DNA of 64,000 nucleotides, from contig JARYLZ010000008.1 of NCBI GenBank assembly GCA_029907355.1, forward strand, positions 1,098 through 65,097, given 5' to 3'. The translations under genes were made by a program, and so were the position numbers. Each line of letters starts with the position of its first letter. Positions within the stretch are counted from its first letter, which is position 1. The notes beneath the pieces were generated by a model. That model was not told where the DNA came from. It was given only the letters and a program-made list of their open reading frames with translations, and searched no databases. The stretch comes from Bacteroidota bacterium (GTDB lineage: Bacteria > Bacteroidota > Ignavibacteria > SZUA-365). Shown here piece by piece: positions 7,751 through 16,373 of this stretch.

Positions 7751-10477
7751 ATGAACATACACAATCTCGAACCGCTCTTTCACCCTCGGCGCATCGCCCT
7801 CGTGGGTGTCACACCGAACCCGCAGAGCGTCGGCGGGAAAATCCTCTCGAACCTCGTCGGCGGTGGGTTCCGCGGCGTCGTGTACCCTGTCAGCCCGGGG
7901 TCCGAGGCGGTGCTCGGCATCCCCTGCTTCCCCGACATGGCGAGCCTTCCGAAGTCACCGGACCTCGCCATCATCTGTGCGCCGGCCGAACAAGTCCCCG
8001 CGCTCGTGCGCGCGTGCGGGGAATGCGGGACGGGCGGCATCATCGTCGTGTCCGCAGGATTCCGGGAAATCGGGCAAACGGGAAGGGCGCTGGAGGAAGC
8101 CGTGGCGGCGGAACGCGCGCGTTTCCCCGGCATGCGTCTTCTCGGGCCGAATTGCCTCGGCATCATCGTCCCCGGTACGAACATGAATGCCAGTTTCGCG
8201 GGCGGCATGCCGCGCGACGGGCATGTGGCCTTCATTTCGCAATCGGGCGCACTCTGCTCATCCGTCCTCGACTGGGCCATCGAGGAGCGCGTGGGGTTTT
8301 CGTACTTCGTTTCCATCGGTAACGCACTCGACGTGGACGTGGGCGACCTGATCGATTTCTTCGGCGAGGACGAGAAGACGAAATCCATCATCCTGTACAT
8401 CGAGTCCATCGGGCGGGCGCGGCAGTTCATGAGCGCCGCGCGCTCCTTCGCGCGTTCGAAACCGATCCTCGCGTACAAGGCGGGGCGCTTCGGTGCGTCG
8501 GCGGCAGCGGCAGCATCCCACACGGGGGCCATGGCCAGCGAGGATGCCGTCTACGACGCCGCGTTCCAACGGGCCGGCTTGGCGCGTGTCTTCGACATCG
8601 GGGAAATATTCGATTGCGCCGAGCTCCTCGGGCGGCAGAAAATTCCGGCGGGGCCTCGCCTGTGCATCCTCACGAATGCGGGCGGGCCGGGCGTCATGGC
8701 GAGCGACGCCCTCCTCGCCTCGAACGGCGTGCTCGCGACGCTCTCCGACGAGTCTATGGCACGCCTCAACCAGTGTCTCCCCCCGATGTGGTCGCACGGC
8801 AATCCCGTCGACGTGCTCGGCGACGCACGTTCCAAGCGTTTCGAGAAAGCGATGGATGTCCTCCTCGAGGATGCGGGCATCGACGCCCTGCTCGTCATCC
8901 TGACCCCGCAAGCGATGACGAACCCCGATACGATCGCCAAGGTTGTCGGTGAGCGCGCCCGGACCACGCAGAAACCCGTGCTCGCGGCATGGCTCGGCGG
9001 GGCGAGCATGCGGGAGGGCATCCGCATCCTCAACGATGCCGGCGTCCCGACGTACACGACGCCGGAACAGGCTGTCCGGGCGTTCATGACCCTCGTCTCG
9101 TGGGGGCGTAATCTCGAAATCCTTTACGAAACGCCACGCGACGTCGCGGTGCAGATACCCTACGACCGGAAACAGATCCGGAACCACTTCCACTCGCTCG
9201 TTGCGGAAGAGGGGGACATCCTGCCCGAGCACATCTCGAAGATGCTGCTCGATGCCTACGGCATCCCCGCCACGCGGCCGTACCCGGCTTCCACGGCCGA
9301 CGAGGCGGCGGAGATCGCGGACCGTATCGGCTACCCCGTCGTCCTGAAAATCCTCTCGCGCGACATCACCCACAAGAGCGACGTCGGCGGAGTCGCCCTC
9401 GGCCTCACGGGCACGGACGCCGTCCGGTCCGCTTTCCGCTCGATGATCGACACGGCGAGGGAGCGCGCACCGGCGGCGCGTCTCGACGGCGTGACGGTTC
9501 AGCGGATGGTCTCCCGGAGGGATTCCGTCGAGCTGATCCTCGGATGCCGGAAAGACCCCGTCTTCGGCACCGTGATCATGGCAGGGATGGGGGGCGTGAC
9601 GGCGGAATTGTTCGGCGACCGCGCGCTGGGGTTCCCCCCGCTGAACGAGCGCCTCGCCCGGCGCATGCTCGAATCGCTGAAAATCTGGCCGCTCCTGACA
9701 GGCTACCGCGGCCGCCCGCCCATGAATATCGACAGCCTCATCGAGGCATTGATCCGGCTCTCCTACCTCGCCGCGGACTACCCGGAAATCGTCGAGCTCG
9801 ATATCAATCCCTTGCTCGTGACGACTACCGACACCATCGCCCTCGATGCGCGGATCGTTCTCGACCGGAATGCGATGGGGAAAGACCAGAAACCGTACGC
9901 GCATCTCGCCCTCCGTCCTTACCCCGAGGAACTCGTCCGCACGGCGACGCTCAAGGACGGGACACCCGTCACCCTCCGCCCGATCCGACCGGAAGACGAG
10001 CCGCTCTGGTTCGATATGCTCCGCAGTTGCTCCCGCGAATCCATCTACACGCGGTTCCGTTCCTTCTTCCACTGGGAATCTCACCACGTCGCCGTGCGCT
10101 ACTGCTACATCGATTACGAACGCGAGATCGCCATCGTCGCCGAGCGGACCGAAAACGAGAAGCGCTATCTCATCGGCGTGGGTCGCCTCATCGCGGAGCC
10201 GGACCTGCACCGCGCGGAGTATGCCGTTCTCGTCACGGATGCGTGGCAGAACCGCGGTCTTGGGGGGCTCTTGACCGACTACTGCATGGAGATCGCACGC
10301 ATGTGGGGAATCCGCAAGGTCATCGCCCAGACGACCAGCGACAACCCCCGCATGGTCGCCGTTTTCCGCGAGCGCGATTTCGCCATCATCCCGGACCCCG
10401 ACGGTTCGCTCGTCGACGTCGAAAAGGATATCCCGGATACGGCAGGTCCCTCAACTGAGCTCCCTGCGGGGAACTGA
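7751..10477 (+). CDS. Bifunctional NDP-forming acyl-CoA synthetase-like / GNAT protein (Pat/YfiQ-type protein lysine acetyltransferase)
   Basis: CoA-binding N-terminus (GPNCLG, SQSGA, TNAGGPG, NPVD), ATP-grasp region (HKSDVGGV, ELDINPL) and C-terminal GNAT (WQNRGLG). Start taken as ATG 7751. Confidence 0.92.
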   Translation: MNIHNLEPLFHPRRIALVGVTPNPQSVGGKILSNLVGGGFRGVVYPVSPGSEAVLGIPCFPDMASLPKSPDLAIICAPAEQVPALVRACGECGTGGIIVVSAGFREIGQTGRALEEAVAAERARFPGMRLLGPNCLGIIVPGTNMNASFAGGMPRDGHVAFISQSGALCSSVLDWAIEERVGFSYFVSIGNALDVDVGDLIDFFGEDEKTKSIILYIESIGRARQFMSAARSFARSKPILAYKAGRFGASAAAAASHTGAMASEDAVYDAAFQRAGLARVFDIGEIFDCAELLGRQKIPAGPRLCILTNAGGPGVMASDALLASNGVLATLSDESMARLNQCLPPMWSHGNPVDVLGDARSKRFEKAMDVLLEDAGIDALLVILTPQAMTNPDTIAKVVGERARTTQKPVLAAWLGGASMREGIRILNDAGVPTYTTPEQAVRAFMTLVSWGRNLEILYETPRDVAVQIPYDRKQIRNHFHSLVAEEGDILPEHISKMLLDAYGIPATRPYPASTADEAAEIADRIGYPVVLKILSRDITHKSDVGGVALGLTGTDAVRSAFRSMIDTARERAPAARLDGVTVQRMVSRRDSVELILGCRKDPVFGTVIMAGMGGVTAELFGDRALGFPPLNERLARRMLESLKIWPLLTGYRGRPPMNIDSLIEALIRLSYLAADYPEIVELDINPLLVTTTDTIALDARIVLDRNAMGKDQKPYAHLALRPYPEELVRTATLKDGTPVTLRPIRPEDEPLWFDMLRSCSRESIYTRFRSFFHWESHHVAVRYCYIDYEREIAIVAERTENEKRYLIGVGRLIAEPDLHRAEYAVLVTDAWQNRGLGGLLTDYCMEIARMWGIRKVIAQTTSDNPRMVAVFRERDFAIIPDPDGSLVDVEKDIPDTAGPSTELPAGN

Positions 10478-10845
10478 CAGGCGATCGCAAGACGGCTCAT
10501 CCTTCATCCGCCTGCTTCACCCCTTTCCCCCGAATTCCTCGGCCACCGCGAGGAAATGATATGAGGGACCGCATGGTACCTCGTCGATGACATGTGCCGA
10601 TGCCGTTCATGCCCTTTCCCCGGGAAAATCGCGGATGGTTTTCTTCCCACAGTCAAAGGAACCGGCCGGCGAAGCGTTACGCCATCGCTGCGCTTTCCTC
10701 GGGGAAGATCCCCGACGAAGATATCGAGAGACACGGCAAGGAAGCAGGCGGAACAGGGGCGACCATCGGGTGGGCATCATGGGAACGACGCTGAGGGTGC
10801 ATTTCCGTTCGTTTCTCCCGGTATGCTTCCGGCGAGGCCGTCCAT

Positions 10846-12420
10846 TCACCGCTGCAGGCGCTCGTACACGATATAGAACGCGTTCGAATACGCTCGGCGG
10901 TAGTATGTTGCGAGAGTTGAATCGTGCTCTATCCAGTAGCGCGCGATTTCCGCGCCGTCGGGACTCGCTTCGCGTCCGACGATCACCCACGTGAACGCAC
11001 GGGAAAGAACTTCCGGGTTTCGAAACAGGGTGTCGCGGTTCAACGCCGTCGTGAACCGCGCGAGGCGGATCCCGCTCGTCTGCATGATTCGGTGCGATTG
11101 CCCCGTCCCCGTCACCGCCAGGATACGACCGCCTTTGTCATGTGCTCCGAGGAACTCTCCGACAGCGACGGCATACGGGGTTTGCCGGTAATAGAAGCCG
11201 CCCGCGGCGTCCGCGACGGTCACGACGTTCCCCGCCTGACGCGCGAACTGCACAACAGCCGAGGCGAGGAGGAGCAGGATGAGGATGACTCGGAGAAGGG
11301 GTTGCGTGATACGCTTGCCCGCGGCTTCCGCGGCGAACGCGGCCGAAAGCGCGAGCAACGGCATGAGGAGAAGGACGTACCGCGAGTTCCACCAGCGGGT
11401 CATCTCTGCGACACCCAGGTACAACGAGAGGATCGTGAACGCGGGGGGGGTAAGAAACGCGCTGAAGAGAAACACCGTTGCCGCGCGGGGACGACAACGC
11501 GCAAGGCGCAGGGCGCCGAACACGGAGACGAGGAGGGGGGCGACGCCGACTGCCGCGAAGAGCGTGGCCACGTAGATGGAAAGCACGTTCCATGCCTGGA
11601 GATAGTACTGCCCCCGGACCGGCCGGTGTTTCGCTTGCCATGCGGCCGAGTAGTACTCGGCCCGGTGGAATGCCAGCGCGTCGCCGAACCGCGTATGGTT
11701 CCACACCAACCACAAGGCGATGCCGAGAAAACAGGCAACGGCAAGCGCGGCCGATCGGACCGTATCCTTCGCTCCCATGCGCCGGCGCACAGCGTCCCAC
11801 ACGAGCGCGAGGAAGACGATGCAAGCGAACGGCCAAGCCTCGTAACGGCAGAGCGTCGCAGCCGCCGTCGACAGGGCGGCGAGGGCGAGGCGGCGGACGC
11901 CCCGCTGCGGCCGCAGATCGCGCATATGCGCCCAGGCATTGTACACGGCGGCGATCATGAAAAAGAGCGCGATGGTTTCCGTCATCGCCGTCATGCTGAT
12001 GTAGAGCATGTTCGGGTTGAGGGCGTAGAACACGGCTGCGAAGAGGCCGGCCCCGGGCGATGCGGTCAGTTCCGCCGCCAGCCGGTAGAGCATCACCGCA
12101 CTCCATGCGAGGAGAGGGAGGCAAACGACGGCACCGGCGAGCCCCGACGCGAAGAGGAAATCCACGCGGGCGAACGGGGCGAACAACAAAGCGGGGAGAG
12201 GAAGCCATACGGTGCCGAGCCAGTGGAGTCCGGGGGAGATGGAATCCGTAATGAGACGGGCGCCGACGAGGCGCGAATTCGCATCCCCGTAGAAAGCGAA
12301 GAAACGCGGTTCGATGAGGGAAGACAGGAGTGCGACGGCGACGCCGAGCGCGCAAACACCCGTAAAGATGGCCCGCGGAATGGCATCCATGCCGAGGTTT
12401 CGATCGAACGCTCGTGCCAT
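10846..12420 (-). CDS. GT-C fold integral membrane glycosyltransferase (GT39/PMT_2-like)
   Basis: YGDANSRL...LGTVWLPLP, NPNMLY..TAMTE and TLCRYEAW motifs; many TM helices; soluble C-terminal domain. Confidence 0.75.
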   Translation of the reverse strand: MARAFDRNLGMDAIPRAIFTGVCALGVAVALLSSLIEPRFFAFYGDANSRLVGARLITDSISPGLHWLGTVWLPLPALLFAPFARVDFLFASGLAGAVVCLPLLAWSAVMLYRLAAELTASPGAGLFAAVFYALNPNMLYISMTAMTETIALFFMIAAVYNAWAHMRDLRPQRGVRRLALAALSTAAATLCRYEAWPFACIVFLALVWDAVRRRMGAKDTVRSAALAVACFLGIALWLVWNHTRFGDALAFHRAEYYSAAWQAKHRPVRGQYYLQAWNVLSIYVATLFAAVGVAPLLVSVFGALRLARCRPRAATVFLFSAFLTPPAFTILSLYLGVAEMTRWWNSRYVLLLMPLLALSAAFAAEAAGKRITQPLLRVILILLLLASAVVQFARQAGNVVTVADAAGGFYYRQTPYAVAVGEFLGAHDKGGRILAVTGTGQSHRIMQTSGIRLARFTTALNRDTLFRNPEVLSRAFTWVIVGREASPDGAEIARYWIEHDSTLATYYRRAYSNAFYIVYERLQR

Positions 12421-12423
12421 GGG

Positions 12424-13602
12424 TCAGATCCCGAACAGGAGCACATAGGAAAGGAAAACGGTGAAACCGAAACGCAGGGAACGGTTCAGCACGACCCGTC
12501 CCCGCTCGGCATACGTCAGGAGAATCCCGACCCCGAAGCTGAGAACGATGAAGACCGCCGCGAGGAGGAGACCGTTCTCGAACGTGAAGGCGTTCCGCCA
12601 GACCCTGCTGAACGACCAGATCCATGTATTGCCGAACACGACCAGGACGTGGGCCGTGTAGATGTGCAGGGTCTTCCTGCTCAATTCGGAGTAGAACCGC
12701 TCGAAGCGGCGCGTGAGATTGAACACGACCGAGTAGGCGCCGATGAGGATCAGCGAGAGGCCCACTTTTTCACAGAAGAGAAACGGGCTGGAGATGTAGA
12801 AGTCGTGCGGGGGGAGGAGATGCCGCCCGTACACGCCCGCCGTCAACGCGAGGATCGTCACGACGATACCCAACTCGCCGATTCTCTGGGCGAATTTCCA
12901 CGTGTCGTTTTCCCGGAGCAGGGCGAGCGCGTACGAACCGATCGCTGCCCCGATGAAGAGAAAACCGCTGTGCGGGAAGATCGAAAAAAAACTCCCGCCT
13001 TTATAGGTCAGGTAATGCGCGAAAAACGGCGGGAGAAAAGCGAACCAGTCGACCCGGTGCACCCAGGGTGTCGCGGCGGCGATGAGCGTGCCGACGATGG
13101 TAGCCGAAGCGATGAACGCCCGGTCGCTCCTGCTCAGCGCCATGACACCGACCAGCATGAGGAGGGACACTCCGATGATGTTGAGCGTACCGACGCGGAA
13201 GAAGGCGAACCACCGGTCCGCGGGGAGGACGAACAGGTCCCATACCCTGTTGCCCGGGAAGATCAGCATGTAATCGACGAGGATGAGGAGTAGGGCGCGG
13301 CGGATGCGCTTTCGGAGAATACGAGGCAGCACACGGCCGCGCTCATCGCGCCGGATGCCGACGAAATTCACCATCCCCGAAATGAGGAGGAATGTCGGCG
13401 AGGTCAGTCCGCGAAGCCACTGGTAAATCATCCCGAAAAAACCGTCTTGCGGGATTTCCGCCGGGATGACGTACGTGCCTACCGTATGCCCCTGGATCAT
13501 CATGAAGACGGCCATGAGGCGGGCGAAATCCAGGACAGCGAACCGCGGGTGGCGGCTTACGACGGCAGGGGGAACGGGCCGGTCCTCGGAAAAATCAGTC
13601 AT
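12424..13602 (-). CDS. Membrane acyltransferase (DUF1624/HGSNAT-like or Acyl_transf_3 family)
   Basis: N-terminal LDFARLMAVFMMIQGH, FLLISG and SIFPHSGF motifs; about 10 TM helices. Confidence 0.7.
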   Translation of the reverse strand: MTDFSEDRPVPPAVVSRHPRFAVLDFARLMAVFMMIQGHTVGTYVIPAEIPQDGFFGMIYQWLRGLTSPTFLLISGMVNFVGIRRDERGRVLPRILRKRIRRALLLILVDYMLIFPGNRVWDLFVLPADRWFAFFRVGTLNIIGVSLLMLVGVMALSRSDRAFIASATIVGTLIAAATPWVHRVDWFAFLPPFFAHYLTYKGGSFFSIFPHSGFLFIGAAIGSYALALLRENDTWKFAQRIGELGIVVTILALTAGVYGRHLLPPHDFYISSPFLFCEKVGLSLILIGAYSVVFNLTRRFERFYSELSRKTLHIYTAHVLVVFGNTWIWSFSRVWRNAFTFENGLLLAAVFIVLSFGVGILLTYAERGRVVLNRSLRFGFTVFLSYVLLFGI

Positions 13603-13686
13603 GGGTCGGGGCTTGCGAGCAAGCGGTCCGAGACTCGCTTGGGCCGGAGAAAGATACGAGGAAATCCGATTCGACGGCGCCGGCTA

Positions 13687-15102
13687 TCACAGACCGATTT
13701 CCACCTCGACCCAGACGCGGTGGATGTTGTAATCGTGGTACGCGTCGTTCGAGGCGTTACGGGTGAAATGGTATCCCGCCCCGGCGGTCAGGAGCGCAGT
13801 ACCGTCCGCACGCATCAATACGGGCGTCGCGAGGAGGACCTGCGCGGTAAACCGCTCGTCCTTCCGCTGGGGAAACCCCGGCAGATCATCCCCGTCGAGG
13901 CTCGCTGCCGAACGCGGGTAACGGCGCCGCGCAGCGGCGAGTTCCGTTTCCATCGCGAGGCGCGGCATGATGCCTGCCCGAAACGTCGCTACCGCCTCGT
14001 CGGCCTCGTAGCCGTAACGATCCTCGAAGAAATCGTCCTCCGTCGCCGCTGCCAAGCCACGCTGATCCACATAACGTGCCGTGTTGCTCGGATTGATCCT
14101 CCGGAGCACGGAAAGCGTAAGGGAGTTGCTCGCGGCGATGTTCAGGACGGCGCCGCCGCCGAAGACGACCTGGCTCGCCGACGGCGTCGAAAACTCCGAG
14201 ACGATCTTCTTCTTCGGTTTGACGCCGCCCTTTCCTTTCCCGCTGTTCCCCGTTTCGATGAACACCGTGTCATGAACGGTCTCCGTATACCGTTTCACGC
14301 CGTACTCGGTGAAACAGAACAATTCCGTCGCCTGCCCCACCCGGGCGCTCAGCGTCAACGAGCCGTCGTTCTCGAGATGCGTGAACTGGACGAATGAGGG
14401 GTATTGTTTGAACGCGAACTCGTACTCCGCACGCGCCATGAGCGGTCCCGAGACGTGCTTCCGGAGCATCGCGGAGACCGACGCTCTCCGGAAATCGTAG
14501 AACGCGAAGACGGGCTCGTCGAAACGCGCCGCGACGACCGGTTTGACGATGAGGTAGGTGACGAGGCTGTCGCTGAACGCCTCTCCCGTCGAGGTACTCG
14601 CAGGTACGCACGATCCCGTTTCCCCGCCGTCCCATGGAGACGCCCGATGGGGCATTCCGCCCGCCCGTTCGCCATCGTGCAGGCGTTCCTCCTCGTCGCT
14701 TTCCTCTTCCATTTCCTCCCCGCCGATCTCTTCTCCGTTGTCCTCCGCCTCCTCGTCGGTATCTGCCGTGTGGAAATCCACCTGCCATTGGATATAGATG
14801 CCCGCCGTGTGCTGGTGGTAAGACCGGGTATCGTACGTGCGGAACAGCGCGGCTCCGGAGTACCAGAACGGCTGGAGGAAGACGTAATCCCCCCCGATGT
14901 CGTACGAGAACGCGGCGAAAAGCTGGTGATAGACATCGGCTCGCTTGTCGTGGAACGCCCAGGAATTATCGTCGTAGGTACTCGCGAGAAAGGCAGCGGC
15001 GTTGAACTGCGCACGGGCGTTCCCGCCGAGGGCGAGGAAGGAAATCACGACAACGCCGACCGCGTGGACCCGCATCGCGGCGGCTGGAGCGAAAGGTTTC
15101 AT
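13687..15102 (-). CDS. Putative outer-membrane beta-barrel protein
   Basis: Signal peptide (…ARA|QF), YDDN near the N-terminus, alternating aromatic strands, and the ending RNASND...YNIHRVWVEVEIGL. Start ATG overlaps the GT2 stop. Confidence 0.65.
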   Translation of the reverse strand: MKPFAPAAAMRVHAVGVVVISFLALGGNARAQFNAAAFLASTYDDNSWAFHDKRADVYHQLFAAFSYDIGGDYVFLQPFWYSGAALFRTYDTRSYHQHTAGIYIQWQVDFHTADTDEEAEDNGEEIGGEEMEEESDEEERLHDGERAGGMPHRASPWDGGETGSCVPASTSTGEAFSDSLVTYLIVKPVVAARFDEPVFAFYDFRRASVSAMLRKHVSGPLMARAEYEFAFKQYPSFVQFTHLENDGSLTLSARVGQATELFCFTEYGVKRYTETVHDTVFIETGNSGKGKGGVKPKKKIVSEFSTPSASQVVFGGGAVLNIAASNSLTLSVLRRINPSNTARYVDQRGLAAATEDDFFEDRYGYEADEAVATFRAGIMPRLAMETELAAARRRYPRSAASLDGDDLPGFPQRKDERFTAQVLLATPVLMRADGTALLTAGAGYHFTRNASNDAYHDYNIHRVWVEVEIGL

Positions 15103-16370
15103 GGGGTGCTCTCCGAACCGAAGCGAACGGTTTTCTCCCAGGTGCGCGGTCGTTTGCGGACCACGTCCAGCCAAAATGCACGAGCGACGACGTAGAGCCA
15201 GAGCTGGCAATACGTGAAGTACATCAAGCCGACGATCCCCAGGGCCTCGAGTGAATCTTCTCCGTCGTATGCGAGGGCGAGGAGGATTTCCGCGAGGAAG
15301 AGAACGACGGCGATGACCCAGACGAGGGTATACGGGCCCGGGAGGGTGATGGCGACCGTTTTCGTCACGGCGAGCAGGAAGAGGATGTCGGACGTCAGGA
15401 TCGCGAAGAAGAAGACGTAGTAGAGCGAAAGGGAGTACAGCAGTTCGAGGCGGAGTTTCCTCCCCGCGATCTCCTTCCTGCGGCGGAGGAATTTCTTCGA
15501 AACGTAGTTGTTCCCGCGTACCCACCGTGTCCGCTGGCGCACCCACACCCCCCATCGTTCCGGTTCCTGTTCGTACGTCACCGCGTAAGGGATGAACTTG
15601 ATCCTGCGATTCCTCATGTACATACGGATGCTCAGTTCCGCATCTTCGGTGATCGCTTCCTCGTCCCACCCTCCGAGCTCATCGACGACGGAGCGCCGGA
15701 TGACGAAATTCGTCCCTGGGAGCGTCGCGATCTGGAGCAGCCGCCAGCGTCCCGCCTGCAGGATGGACTGGAAGCTCAACGTCTCGATGTTGATGAACCG
15801 CGTCAGCAGGTTTTTCCTCTTGTTCCGCGTGCGGAATTTACCGATCACCGCGCCGAGTTCCGGGTGTAGGAGGAGTTCGGCGGTGAGGTAACGGAGAGCA
15901 TCGGGGGCGGGGGTGTTATCGGCGTCGTACACGGCGATCACGTCCGCTTTCGCCGAACGGATGCCGATGTTGAGCGCACGCGATTTCCCTTTTCCCCCCT
16001 CGCCAGCAGGGACAGCCAGGTGGACGATCCGCGGGTCACGTCGTCGCCGCTCGGCGATGATTTCTCCCGTGCGATCCGTGCTCCCGTCGTCGATGACGAT
16101 GATCTCGAGCTTGTCGTGCGGGTAATCGAGCGCGCACATCGCGTCGAGCGTCGCGCCGATCACCAATTCCTCGTTGTGTGCCGGGATGAGGATGGAAACG
16201 AACGGGTAATCGAACACGCTCTCGTCCACGCGCCGTTTCTCCCTCGACGAGCGACGGTAGTGGAAATAGCCCGCGACGGTGAGCACGAGCTGGTACGCGA
16301 TCATGAACCAGATGAGGATGACGGCGAGCAGGAAGAGAATGCTCAGGTCGATTTCGAGGAAGGTTTCCAT
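15099..16370 (-). CDS. Processive GT2 polysaccharide synthase, YdaM/PgaC/cellulose-synthase-like
   Basis: IPAHNEE, DDGSTD, GKSRALN, YDAD, TED and QRTRW motifs, plus TLPGTNF...GGWDEEAITED...EQEPE as recalled for Bacillus YdaM. N- and C-terminal TM helices. Confidence 0.9.
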   Translation of the reverse strand: METFLEIDLSILFLLAVILIWFMIAYQLVLTVAGYFHYRRSSREKRRVDESVFDYPFVSILIPAHNEELVIGATLDAMCALDYPHDKLEIIVIDDGSTDRTGEIIAERRRRDPRIVHLAVPAGEGGKGKSRALNIGIRSAKADVIAVYDADNTPAPDALRYLTAELLLHPELGAVIGKFRTRNKRKNLLTRFINIETLSFQSILQAGRWRLLQIATLPGTNFVIRRSVVDELGGWDEEAITEDAELSIRMYMRNRRIKFIPYAVTYEQEPERWGVWVRQRTRWVRGNNYVSKKFLRRRKEIAGRKLRLELLYSLSLYYVFFFAILTSDILFLLAVTKTVAITLPGPYTLVWVIAVVLFLAEILLALAYDGEDSLEALGIVGLMYFTYCQLWLYVVARAFWLDVVRKRPRTWEKTVRFGSESTP

Positions 16371-16373
16371 GCT

